Positions 56,052 through 64,000 of a DNA stretch of 64,000 nt are shown here, piece after piece. Origin of the DNA: Candidatus Thorarchaeota archaeon (GTDB taxonomy: Archaea > Asgardarchaeota > Thorarchaeia > Thorarchaeales > Thorarchaeaceae); NCBI GenBank assembly GCA_048882965.1, contig JBHLRC010000002.1, positions 21,993 to 85,992 on the forward strand, written 5' to 3'. Within the stretch, counting starts at the first letter, position 1. Each line of letters starts with the position of its first letter. The notes under the pieces were generated by a model that did no database searches, was not told the DNA's origin, and saw nothing but the letters and a program-made list of their open reading frames with translations. Made by a program: the position numbers and the translations under genes.

Positions 56052-56363
56052 ATGACTCAGAGAGCAAGAATCAGATTATCTAGTACAAGTACAGAACACC
56101 TAGATGGTGTATGTAATCAAATCAAGAGGATTACTCGCAAAACAGGTGTCCGAATGGCGGGTCCAATACCTTTACCAACCCGTAGAATGGTTATTCCAAC
56201 TAGAAAGACTCCTTGTGGTCAGGGATCTGAGTCTTGGGATAAATGGGAGATGCGGGTCCATAAACGATTAATTGACATTGATGCAGATGAAAGAGCTATT
56301 CGTCAGATAATGCGTGTGAGAATCCCTGATTCTGTCTATATTGAGATTGAACTGACTGGTTGA
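56052..56363 (+). CDS. rps10: 30S ribosomal protein S10 (uS10)
   Basis: ARIRLSS..HLD..C..I....[11 protein letters not shown] and WEMR.HKRLIDI motifs. Confidence 0.9.
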   Translation: MTQRARIRLSSTSTEHLDGVCNQIKRITRKTGVRMAGPIPLPTRRMVIPTRKTPCGQGSESWDKWEMRVHKRLIDIDADERAIRQIMRVRIPDSVYIEIELTG

Positions 56364-56471
56364 TATCATTCATTCACCCAATTTATTGTCAGCTGTACAA
56401 TTGTGACCTGATACAAACCCTTTTTGCACAATTCTACTAGGAACTTTCACTGCTCATGAGGTTTCTCAGAG

Positions 56472-58295
56472 ATGTGTGGAATAATTGCTGTAGTACAAAA
56501 ACGTGGTGTCGTTGCCCCCGTTCTACATCAGGCATTAAAACGTCTTGAATATCGGGGATACGATTCAGTTGGAGTTACTACGATTGCAGATAACACATTA
56601 TACACTAAGAAAGACAAAGGGAAGATTGAGGAGGTTCATAATCGGCTCGACCTCGATGAGATGCCAGGACTGATTGGGATTGGTCACACTCGTTGGGCTA
56701 CTCATGGAGCACCATCTCTACTAAATGCACACCCTCACTTTGATTGTGAAAACAATATTGCAGTGGTGCATAACGGCGTTATTGACAATTTCATGGAGCT
56801 TAGAAAAGAGCTTAGTGAGAAAGGTCATAAATTCAATTCTGAAACTGACACGGAAGTAATTCCCCATATGATTGAGGATTATATGAAAGAAGGTCTGGAT
56901 CTAGCAAGCTCGATAAAGGAAGTTACCAAGCGTATCGAAGGAACATATGCAATAGTAGCGATGTCAACTAAAGAGAATGGAAAGATTGTTTGTACGCGTG
57001 ATGGGAACCCGTTAGTCATTGGAACAAAATCGGGGGCATCGTATGTTTCTTCAGACATTCCAGCATTCCTACCCATGACAAATGATATGATTCTCTTGCT
57101 TGATGGGGAGATGGCAACTCTGACAACAGAGGGAATTCATATTGAGAAACTAGCTGATGGGTCAGTAGTTGAACGTGAACCCATTAAGATTAGTTGGACA
57201 GCCGATCAAGCACAGAAGAGTGGATATCCTCATTTCATGTTGAAAGAGATACATGAACAACCTGATGCCATTAAGAATACGCTTAGACTTCCATCAGGTA
57301 GTATTAATTCTGCAGCCAAATTAATCAAAGAGTCTGAAAATATCTACTTGTTAGCAATGGGTACTTCAGGACATGCTGCAGAAGCAGGACGGCATATGTT
57401 TGCGTCACTTTCAGGAATTCTGCCTTCATTTGAACTGGCTAGTGACTTTCCTGATACTGTTTATGGAGTGTTAACAAATAGGGATTGTATTATTGCCATT
57501 ACACAGTCGGGCGAAACTACTGATACTATCACTGCAGTCAAGTATGCAAAACAGTATGGTACGAAGGTAATAGCAATCACCAATGTTGTTGGAAGCTCGA
57601 TTACTAGACTAGCTGATCAAACAATTATCACACAGGCAGGTCCAGAGATAGGTGTCGCTGCAACTAAGACATTCATGGTTCAGCTTACTTCTTTGGCTCT
57701 CATTGCCTTGGCATTAGGAGAAATCACAGGATTCAAGGATTCTGAAGAAATTAGACAAAAAAGGAATTCATTGGAACAACTACCAGAGCTTGTATCTGAG
57801 GTTATCTCAAGAAACGAGGAAAGAGCGCGGAGACTGGCATCAATCCTCTACCAGAAATCCAGTCTTCTTTTCTTGGGAAGAGGAATATCAATGGCTACCG
57901 CTGAGGAAGGAGCACTCAAACTGAAGGAAATTGCATATAATCATGCAGAAGCATACTCTGCTGGAGAGTCAAAGCACGGACCCATTGCGCTTGTTCAAAA
58001 TGATTATCCTGTGATATTCGTGGCTCCTTCCGATGAAACCAGAAACCGAATTGTTGGTAATATCATGGAAATGAAAGCAAGAGGTGCTACTATTATCTCA
58101 GTAATTCAAAAGGAAGACAACGAGATAGCGGGACTTTCAGATTATGTTTTTCCAATCACAAGACCAATAGAGGCAGAATTTTCAATCATGCCATATATTG
58201 TACCATTACAATTATTCAGCTACTACATGGCTCTAAGAAAAGGCTATGATCCAGACAAACCACGCAATCTTGCAAAATCTGTTACAGTTCTTTAG
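56472..58295 (+). CDS. glmS: Glutamine--fructose-6-phosphate aminotransferase
   Basis: N-terminal MCGI nucleophile, two SIS domains and the C-terminal DKPRNLAKSVTV. Confidence 0.95.
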   Translation: MCGIIAVVQKRGVVAPVLHQALKRLEYRGYDSVGVTTIADNTLYTKKDKGKIEEVHNRLDLDEMPGLIGIGHTRWATHGAPSLLNAHPHFDCENNIAVVHNGVIDNFMELRKELSEKGHKFNSETDTEVIPHMIEDYMKEGLDLASSIKEVTKRIEGTYAIVAMSTKENGKIVCTRDGNPLVIGTKSGASYVSSDIPAFLPMTNDMILLLDGEMATLTTEGIHIEKLADGSVVEREPIKISWTADQAQKSGYPHFMLKEIHEQPDAIKNTLRLPSGSINSAAKLIKESENIYLLAMGTSGHAAEAGRHMFASLSGILPSFELASDFPDTVYGVLTNRDCIIAITQSGETTDTITAVKYAKQYGTKVIAITNVVGSSITRLADQTIITQAGPEIGVAATKTFMVQLTSLALIALALGEITGFKDSEEIRQKRNSLEQLPELVSEVISRNEERARRLASILYQKSSLLFLGRGISMATAEEGALKLKEIAYNHAEAYSAGESKHGPIALVQNDYPVIFVAPSDETRNRIVGNIMEMKARGATIISVIQKEDNEIAGLSDYVFPITRPIEAEFSIMPYIVPLQLFSYYMALRKGYDPDKPRNLAKSVTVL

Positions 58296-58328
58296 GTCCT
58301 TAAATCGTACTAAGATACAGAATATTAT

Positions 58329-58586
58329 GTGAAACCGATGTGGCTGTTTTCAATTCTTAGTCCATTAACTGACTTTGCGAACCTGATAGCAGGGTACTTC
58401 ATGGAAATTTGGGAGTTCCTGATTTTCATAGGGAATATTTCTGCATTCGTGGTTGTCTTAGTGGGTGCAATATTATGGTTCACCGGAGTGAATGATAAGA
58501 GAGGGAAGGGATTGGTCTTGAGCGGTATTCTTCTAGCAATAATTGTTCAGTACTTTGTTTTCTACCCACCTTCATTCATATTATAG
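58329..58586 (+). CDS. Small two-TM membrane protein (VirB2/TrbC-pilin-like topology)
   Basis: 85 aa. A leader-like N-terminus is followed by two hydrophobic helices separated by the basic loop GVNDKRGKG. Confidence 0.45.
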   Translation: MKPMWLFSILSPLTDFANLIAGYFMEIWEFLIFIGNISAFVVVLVGAILWFTGVNDKRGKGLVLSGILLAIIVQYFVFYPPSFIL

Positions 58587-59795
58587 TAGTTCTTTTGCAA
58601 TGACATCAATTGTATTCGTAAGATGGTCTATATCATCTAGTGAATTGTAAGCGTGAATAGATGCTTGAATCATTCCATCATTTGAAATTGATTGAACAAG
58701 AGGATGTGAACACAATAAGCCGCTTCTGACAGCAATATTGGACTCATCAAGGAAAAGAGCCACATCATGACAATTAATTCCACCTTCTGGGCTGAGATTG
58801 AATCCAAATATCGTGTTATTTTCATCAGGTGTTCCATAAAGTGTGAGGCTGTCTATCTCAGTAAGATTCTGAACCATGTGTCTTGAGAGCATGGTCATGT
58901 GTTTAGCAAGACCTTGTGATTTTAGCTGGACAAGAAATTCAAGGGAAGCATTCAATCCAGCGATGGCTGGGAGATTCAAAAACCCGGATTCGAACTTGTC
59001 TGGTTGTAGAGCAACCTCAAACATCCCATTTTCTACATTAGCAACGGAGGAATTCCCCAGAATTCCTGGTGTGTGGTTTTCGCCAATAGATTTGTTGATC
59101 CACTGAATAGCCAGTCCAGGTGGACCCATAAGACCTATGTTTCCTGATAGAAGAAGTATATCGGAACCAAGTGTTGTTAGTTTTTCATTAGTGAGTCCTG
59201 CTGAACGTGTGGCATCAGTCAAGAGAATTGCATCGGACTGATGAACAATTTCAGCGACAGTTTGTATTGGATTATGTGAACCAATACCTGACAATACATG
59301 ACCTACTGCTACAATACCTGTTTTTTCATCCACTTCTTTTTCTAATTCACCAAGGAGAAGAGCCCCTTCATCATCAATTGGTACGATTTTAGTTTCTAAT
59401 CCAAGAATCTTAGCCGACTGAAGCATAGAAACAAGAATTGAGTTCTCTTCACTCTGTCCAATCACAATTTTGTTCTTTCCACTTTTTTTCCAATTGAAAC
59501 CAAACATGAAGGATGCAACAGCAGTGGGGATTGATTTTTGAAAGGATATCTGGGCACTTTCAGTTTCAAAGTAGGCAGCCAGTGATTTTCTAGTGTCTTC
59601 TACAATAGTACTACCCTTTACTGCAAGACGATGAGCTCCACGTCGTGCTGATGCCACAACCGAATCAAGAAATGAGTGTGTTGCGTCCACAGCTACACGT
59701 GGGACGAGTGTGGTACTTGCTGAATCAAAGTATGCTAATTCTGGAAAATGATCGTAAACACCAAATTCGTGTTTTATGTCAAGTACATCAGGCAT
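58581..59795 (-). CDS. Class V aminotransferase / cysteine desulfurase (SufS/NifS)-like protein lacking the PLP-binding lysine
   Basis: The fold signature is retained (AYFDSAST, TDATR, VRSGLLCSHPL with Cys). SGHK is replaced by SGNI, and EHHAN by EENSI. Confidence 0.65.
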   Translation of the reverse strand: MPDVLDIKHEFGVYDHFPELAYFDSASTTLVPRVAVDATHSFLDSVVASARRGAHRLAVKGSTIVEDTRKSLAAYFETESAQISFQKSIPTAVASFMFGFNWKKSGKNKIVIGQSEENSILVSMLQSAKILGLETKIVPIDDEGALLLGELEKEVDEKTGIVAVGHVLSGIGSHNPIQTVAEIVHQSDAILLTDATRSAGLTNEKLTTLGSDILLLSGNIGLMGPPGLAIQWINKSIGENHTPGILGNSSVANVENGMFEVALQPDKFESGFLNLPAIAGLNASLEFLVQLKSQGLAKHMTMLSRHMVQNLTEIDSLTLYGTPDENNTIFGFNLSPEGGINCHDVALFLDESNIAVRSGLLCSHPLVQSISNDGMIQASIHAYNSLDDIDHLTNTIDVIAKELL

Positions 59796-59839
59796 GATTA
59801 GTATTCATGTAATGAACGACTTTAATACCATACTATGTC

Positions 59840-60835
59840 TTGGGCGCAGTGATTCTTTTGACTACGAATCTCGTTGAAGGATACTTCATAATCACAACAG
59901 ACGGTCTCATCTTTGAGGTCAAAGGTATTGTTCACCCTAAAGATCGTGTCATAGCATATCTACGGTATGTGCCTACTCAAAGTGGATATCAGAAGGTGTA
60001 TGATCTCAATGAGAGAGAGAACTATCTCCGAACCAATTATGCTTCGTATCTTTGGTTTAGTGAACCTCATGGAAGAGTGGTCCAGTCTGTTCCGTATACT
60101 AGTATAGAAACCATTCTTAGTCCTATAGATCGTCTGACAAGTCTTCGAAACAATATTGGAAAAATTACTGATTTGGAACAAGCTTCTATAAACTTGGTTG
60201 AAAAATTAGTAAAGTCAACTGGGATTGAAAATACTGACATTGGTATAACAGGATCACAGCTTATAGGTATTGCAAAGAAGAATTCCGATATTGACTTGGT
60301 AGTTTATGGATTGAAGACATGTCAAGAATTCTACTCAAGGCTATCTCAAAACATCTCTTCAATAGCAGGCATACAGCGTTATACAGGAAATTTACTTGAT
60401 GATCATGTGTCCTTTAGATGGGGTGCTCATACAGAAATGAAATCCCTTCTTCGAGAAATTGAGCGAGTTAAAGTTTTGCAAGGATTGTTTGAAGGGTATC
60501 ACTTTTTTATAAGACTGGTCAAGACCACTGATGACCTTGACTATGTCTATGGTGATTTTTCATTCCAGATGAAAGGCCAGAATTTAGTGTCAGGTATTGT
60601 AACAGATGATTCTAATTCTATGTTCACACCTTGTGAATATCTGGTTGAGTGTGGTGAGGTTCCGAACCTGAGAAAACTTGTCAGTTATCGAGGTCGTTTT
60701 ACTGAACAGATTTCGAAAGGTATGGCCTTTGAAGCACGAGGACGACTAGAGATGGTTACAAATCACAAGGATGGAGATCAGTATCTACAGCTGGTTATGG
60801 GTGAGCTTCCAACTGACTATTTGATACCTATCTAG
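59840..60835 (+). CDS. Predicted Pol-beta-superfamily nucleotidyltransferase (COG1665-like)
   Basis: ITGSQLIGIAKKNSDIDLVVYG (GS..DxD) motif in an archaeal protein of about 330 aa. Confidence 0.45.
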   Translation: MGAVILLTTNLVEGYFIITTDGLIFEVKGIVHPKDRVIAYLRYVPTQSGYQKVYDLNERENYLRTNYASYLWFSEPHGRVVQSVPYTSIETILSPIDRLTSLRNNIGKITDLEQASINLVEKLVKSTGIENTDIGITGSQLIGIAKKNSDIDLVVYGLKTCQEFYSRLSQNISSIAGIQRYTGNLLDDHVSFRWGAHTEMKSLLREIERVKVLQGLFEGYHFFIRLVKTTDDLDYVYGDFSFQMKGQNLVSGIVTDDSNSMFTPCEYLVECGEVPNLRKLVSYRGRFTEQISKGMAFEARGRLEMVTNHKDGDQYLQLVMGELPTDYLIPI

Positions 60836-60863
60836 TTTTCACAGACTGTTCATATTTACATTA

Positions 60864-61278
60864 ATTCACACATCAGTTGTGTGAATGGCGCCTTTATTGT
60901 GAATACTCTAGGAGAAACGGGCCTCTTATTGCCTTAATAATAGAATAGAGGCATGATATATTCTATGATGCCTGTGAATGGATACACCCCTTCGTTTCCT
61001 ATGGAAATAAGAAAGAAGACATATGAAATGTTCACATGTTCATTCACAAAGAGCATAAATTTGTGAATGATGAAACGGCTGGAGAATACCTTGTTTTTGA
61101 AAAAAGAAGCATTCATATTGCTTTTTAACAGTCAAAAAGGTCTGACAGGACGTCAGCACAGTAAAATCGAAATGGACGAGTCCTATATGTGTACAGACAC
61201 ACTATGTAGCTCTTATCTCAGTATAGATAATTCACATACTCACACTTATTTGGAATTTTATTCTAACCATTTGTGAAC
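60864..61278. promoter_or_regulatory. Array of TGTGAA(T/C) / ATTCACA boxes including two perfect 9-nt-arm palindromes
   Basis: Box positions: 60864-60886 (ATTCACACA-N5-TGTGTGAAT), 60898-60904, 60973-60979, 61030-61036, 61042-61068 (ATTCACAAA-N9-TTTGTGAAT), 61230-61236 and 61272-61278. Confidence 0.6.
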
Positions 61279-61304
61279 AGTCGAAGCTATAGGAGACAAT
61301 CTGT

Positions 61305-61934
61305 TTGACTAGTGAAGAAAGGACCAACTATGTGTATGAATTCACCTATAGTTCAGCACCAGGTCTTCGTGAAATTTTCCAGTGTAAATATGTCAAACCA
61401 GATGAAGCTCTTAATAGGTTCAGAAAGATCTTGGCATTGACAGAGTCCCCCTTTGATTTCAAGATAATAGTGTCTGATGAAACAATGGGAGAAGAATCTA
61501 GTTTTCAGGTAAAGGGTGGAAGTATCGAAGAGATGTTTGTCAAGTTCAAGGTGTTCTTGGAAACAAGTACAGGATTCATCTTTGAACCAGTCAGTGAGGA
61601 AACCTCAGAAGTTGGCTTTGAGGAAACTCGTTTTGATTCTATGAGTAATTATGATAAGATGCAAGTGATAATCTATGCTTCGTTCAAACATGGAAAGTTC
61701 TCTTCACTTGATGTCACTGAAATTTATCAGGATTCTTTCAATGAGGATCTTCCAAAGAGTACTGCTTCTACTTACTTAGCTAGAATGTGGAACAATGGTA
61801 AGGGACATCTGGAACGTTATGGTAACCGTTCAGGGTATACTTATCGTCTTAGAACCGAGATTGCTGAGGTTCAGAAGGAAACTGAAAGAGCTGAAGAAAT
61901 ATTAGCAGCAATACAGATGCGAGTCAGAGAGTAA
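61305..61934 (+). CDS. Hypothetical protein with a C-terminal winged-helix-like domain
   Basis: TTG start 9 nt after AGGAG. The C-terminal segment LDVTEIYQD....STASTYLARMWNNGKGHLERYG...GYTYRL looks like a wHTH. Confidence 0.5.
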   Translation: MTSEERTNYVYEFTYSSAPGLREIFQCKYVKPDEALNRFRKILALTESPFDFKIIVSDETMGEESSFQVKGGSIEEMFVKFKVFLETSTGFIFEPVSEETSEVGFEETRFDSMSNYDKMQVIIYASFKHGKFSSLDVTEIYQDSFNEDLPKSTASTYLARMWNNGKGHLERYGNRSGYTYRLRTEIAEVQKETERAEEILAAIQMRVRE

Positions 61935-61982
61935 ACTTGGATAGTTTTTCTAATCTTATGCAAGCTTATAGCAGTTCAATCA

Positions 61983-63299
61983 TTATAGATCAAATGTTTT
62001 TTCGTCCATCTTGATGTCAAGTGTTTCTAGTTCCCTCAGAATTGGTTCGTAAATCTCCGGAATGATTGGTCTATGGACACCGGTCAGGTTGATTTCTCCA
62101 TCCAGTATCATCTTACTAGCGATTGCGACTGGAAGAGCAACAGTCCTAGACATTGAACTGTCCCCATTTGGAATACCATAATCGATGAGAGTTGATGTGA
62201 TTCTTTGTTTCTTATCCGGGTATTCTGCTATGAACTCATGATGCATGACTATCATGTCACGCTCACCGGGTGCATACTGTAACTTTTCCTCGAAGAGGTT
62301 ACAAAGAGCATCAAGGACTGTTGAGGTACCTGGTGGAATCTCTTTTTCTTCAAATAATCCTAACCATTCTAGACGTTTGATTATCGGATCATCGGACTTG
62401 ATGTTGCAGGTCTTAGCTACAGCAGACTTCAGATCTGATTCAGATGTTGATGTTAGTTGTCGTATGAGGCCAGCATATGTGACTCCCTCAAAATCTCGTT
62501 CTTCTATATCCAAGAGACCCAAGTCTGCAATCTTGTCTAAGGTTCCACACCAGCCTACGTTTCTAAGTGTTCCACGAAGCATTGTTTTTGTTTCTGGTAT
62601 ACTATAGATGTCAATATAGGAGAGACTATCGCGGTTAGGGTATCCTTCAAAGGTCCCTATACCTGGAACCTCCATTAGTTTGCAGTGTTCAAAGAGCTCA
62701 GGACCGGGAATTTTGACTTCTTTTCCATCGCGAAGAAAATGAGCATTATTCCGACCAGCAAGGAGTACGCCCCGTGGACTCCATGATAGTTTGTAACCAT
62801 ATGGATTGTCATTTGCATCTGGAGCAGGTAAACCTCCTGTAAATGAGGTGAAGCTTACAATGTTCCCATTGTTGTTATGAACAGTATCAATGACCTTCAT
62901 TGCGCTCATATGATCTATGCCCGGGTCAACTCCACATTCATTCAAAAGTAGAACTCCTGCATTCTTTGCATCATCATCAAGAGCTTTCATCTCGTCTGAG
63001 ATGTAAGATGCGGTACAGAAATGTGTCTTATTTCTGATAGCAACTTTTGCAGCTTTCACATGAAATGTAAAAGGTAGTAATGAACAGACTAGATCAGCTT
63101 CTTCTGTGAGCTTCTCAAGAAGCTCATCATCTTTTGTTATATTGAAAGCGACTGCTTCGGTGTTTTTACATCCTTCAATCAAATGTTTGGCTTTGCTTAC
63201 TGTACGACTTGCAACTGTAACATGAAAGCCATTATCAGAAAGATATTGTATGTAAGGGCGGGCCACTAGTCCTGCACCCAGGCACAGAATTCTCTTCAT
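61983..63299 (-). CDS. Saccharopine dehydrogenase (saccharopine reductase, LYS9/AASS-SDH-like)
   Basis: Rossmann motif ILCLGAGLVARP, GIDPGIDHM, and 438-aa length. Confidence 0.75.
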   Translation of the reverse strand: MKRILCLGAGLVARPYIQYLSDNGFHVTVASRTVSKAKHLIEGCKNTEAVAFNITKDDELLEKLTEEADLVCSLLPFTFHVKAAKVAIRNKTHFCTASYISDEMKALDDDAKNAGVLLLNECGVDPGIDHMSAMKVIDTVHNNNGNIVSFTSFTGGLPAPDANDNPYGYKLSWSPRGVLLAGRNNAHFLRDGKEVKIPGPELFEHCKLMEVPGIGTFEGYPNRDSLSYIDIYSIPETKTMLRGTLRNVGWCGTLDKIADLGLLDIEERDFEGVTYAGLIRQLTSTSESDLKSAVAKTCNIKSDDPIIKRLEWLGLFEEKEIPPGTSTVLDALCNLFEEKLQYAPGERDMIVMHHEFIAEYPDKKQRITSTLIDYGIPNGDSSMSRTVALPVAIASKMILDGEINLTGVHRPIIPEIYEPILRELETLDIKMDEKTFDL

Positions 63300-64000
63300 T
63301 CTTGGTTGTTCTCCTTTGGAAGGTATTGTTCAAGATACTGAAATTTCTCTGTTAGTTTTCCTCGGTAGACAATCACTGCATCTTTGATTTCCCGAGGTAA
63401 ATCAAGATTAGAAAATGGTACGGTAAAGTCTGCATTTGCTAGAGCTGGGATGAAATCGAGGAGTGTTTTGCTAAAGGATGTAGATGACTCACGTGGAAGC
63501 TCACATGGAAGATTGTCAACAGCCATGATTACTGGTCCTTTTCCCTTTACCCCGAGCTCAGCTTTGTTTTCATTTATTAGATATGTGAAGGCTGGCTTAT
63601 CTGCAGTAGTACAATGAACTGTGAGTTCTATTGCTCCTTTTATGTCGCAGGAGATGTCTCCTATGACCTGGAGTTTTCTATCTTCACTCTTCCAGTGGTT
63701 TCGGATGAAGTCCAGTGTCACTAATCGTGGATATTTGTTTGTCCAGTATATACAGTTCATCAATACTGTGAGATGTGGAATGTAATTGTGAAACACACCT
63801 GTGTACTTTGCTTTGCCATGTGCATAGTAGTCTTGGAGATCGAACTTGGTCGTGGGGTCTTTTGGTTTGACCATATGTTCCTCCTTGAAGACACATTTGT
63901 AAAGTAGATATGACTCGGGTGGGAGCAAATCAAGACTCTCGGGAGTGACCGTCTTATGTGGAAGGATGTCAAAAATCTCTTGGGCACCTTTGGATACATT
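63296..64000 (-). CDS. Lysine-ketoglutarate reductase-like protein (LOR/SDH conserved region), 5'-truncated by the window edge
   Basis: The frame is open to position 64000 (..NVSKGAQEIFDILPHKTVTPESL..). The CIYW..KYPRL and IGDISCDIKGAIE motifs match the LKR half of AASS. ATGA overlap with the SDH gene. Confidence 0.65.
   Translation of the reverse strand, partial: NVSKGAQEIFDILPHKTVTPESLDLLPPESYLLYKCVFKEEHMVKPKDPTTKFDLQDYYAHGKAKYTGVFHNYIPHLTVLMNCIYWTNKYPRLVTLDFIRNHWKSEDRKLQVIGDISCDIKGAIELTVHCTTADKPAFTYLINENKAELGVKGKGPVIMAVDNLPCELPRESSTSFSKTLLDFIPALANADFTVPFSNLDLPREIKDAVIVYRGKLTEKFQYLEQYLPKENNQE

Noticed and set aside
56052-56363. rps10 standing alone, not following an EF-1alpha gene
   Set aside because: I noted it as a synteny oddity. 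An isolated rps10 is insufficient evidence of anything unusual without genome-wide context.
60934-61276. ORFs 60934..61116 (-, 60 aa) and 61067..61276 (+, 69 aa) inside the TGTGAAT-rich spacer
   Set aside because: They have no RBS, are low-complexity and AT-driven, and are barely above the length cutoff. I treat the region as regulatory or non-coding, although a small protein cannot be fully excluded.
1-64000. CRISPR arrays, rRNA genes, transposases, integrases and inteins
   Set aside because: I saw no regularly spaced direct repeats, no rRNA-like stretches, and no DDE, tyrosine or serine recombinase motifs. MCM (688 aa), DP1, RFC and the other replication proteins have normal lengths with no intein-sized inserts.

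Overview
This is a gene-dense archaeal chromosomal segment with about 60 protein genes on both strands, 4 tRNA genes, and no rRNA or CRISPR array. It looks moderately AT-rich by eye; I did not compute GC content.

Information-processing genes dominate:
- Replication: two Orc1/Cdc6 paralogs, the PolD small subunit, MCM, a GINS subunit, RFC small and large subunits, Hel308, and a degenerate RecJ/Cdc45-like protein.
- Repair: NurA and HerA.
- tRNA and RNA processing: KEOPS components (Kae1, Bud32, Pcc1), an Sm protein, FAU-1, TruA, Trm-G10 and ThpR.
- Translation and transcription: ribosomal proteins S3Ae, S15 and S10, a TFB, and a possible Rpo8.
- Metabolism: GlmM, GlmS, PyrG, isopentenyl phosphate kinase, KorA, an HDAC-like amidohydrolase, and a split LKR/SDH (AASS-like) pair.

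PolD, an Rpo8-like ORF, a Roadblock/small-GTPase operon and tRNAs with non-canonical introns fit an Asgard- or TACK-related lineage. This cannot be proven from the window alone.

Regions and features worth a second look:
1. A tightly coupled Roadblock, unknown 306-aa protein and MglA/CvnD-like GTPase operon (22.7-25.1 kb).
2. An accessory-looking block at 43.2-55.1 kb. It holds two paralogous multi-Ig-like glycoproteins, a TFB paralog, a FlaI/VirB11-type ATPase with a Flp-like mini-pilin but no platform protein, and a 1261-aa membrane-anchored HerA/VirB4-like ATPase. A VirB2-like two-TM mini-protein lies 3 kb further on. Together they suggest a candidate, undescribed Ced/Ted- or T4SS-like surface or DNA-transfer apparatus.
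3. tRNA-Pro(GGG) with two introns and tRNA-Glu(CUC) with a D-arm intron.
4. A 20/21-nt duplicate of the tRNA-Leu 3' end, which looks like an att remnant.
5. A dense TGTGAAT operator-like array in a 470-bp intergenic region.
6. A SufS-like protein lacking the PLP lysine.
7. An orphan korA whose 3' end overlaps a convergent surface-protein ORF by 286 nt.
8. Two small ORFs missed by the ORF track: a 48-aa zinc ribbon and an ArsR-like HTH with no canonical start codon.

All family assignments come from motif recognition by eye. None has been checked against a database.
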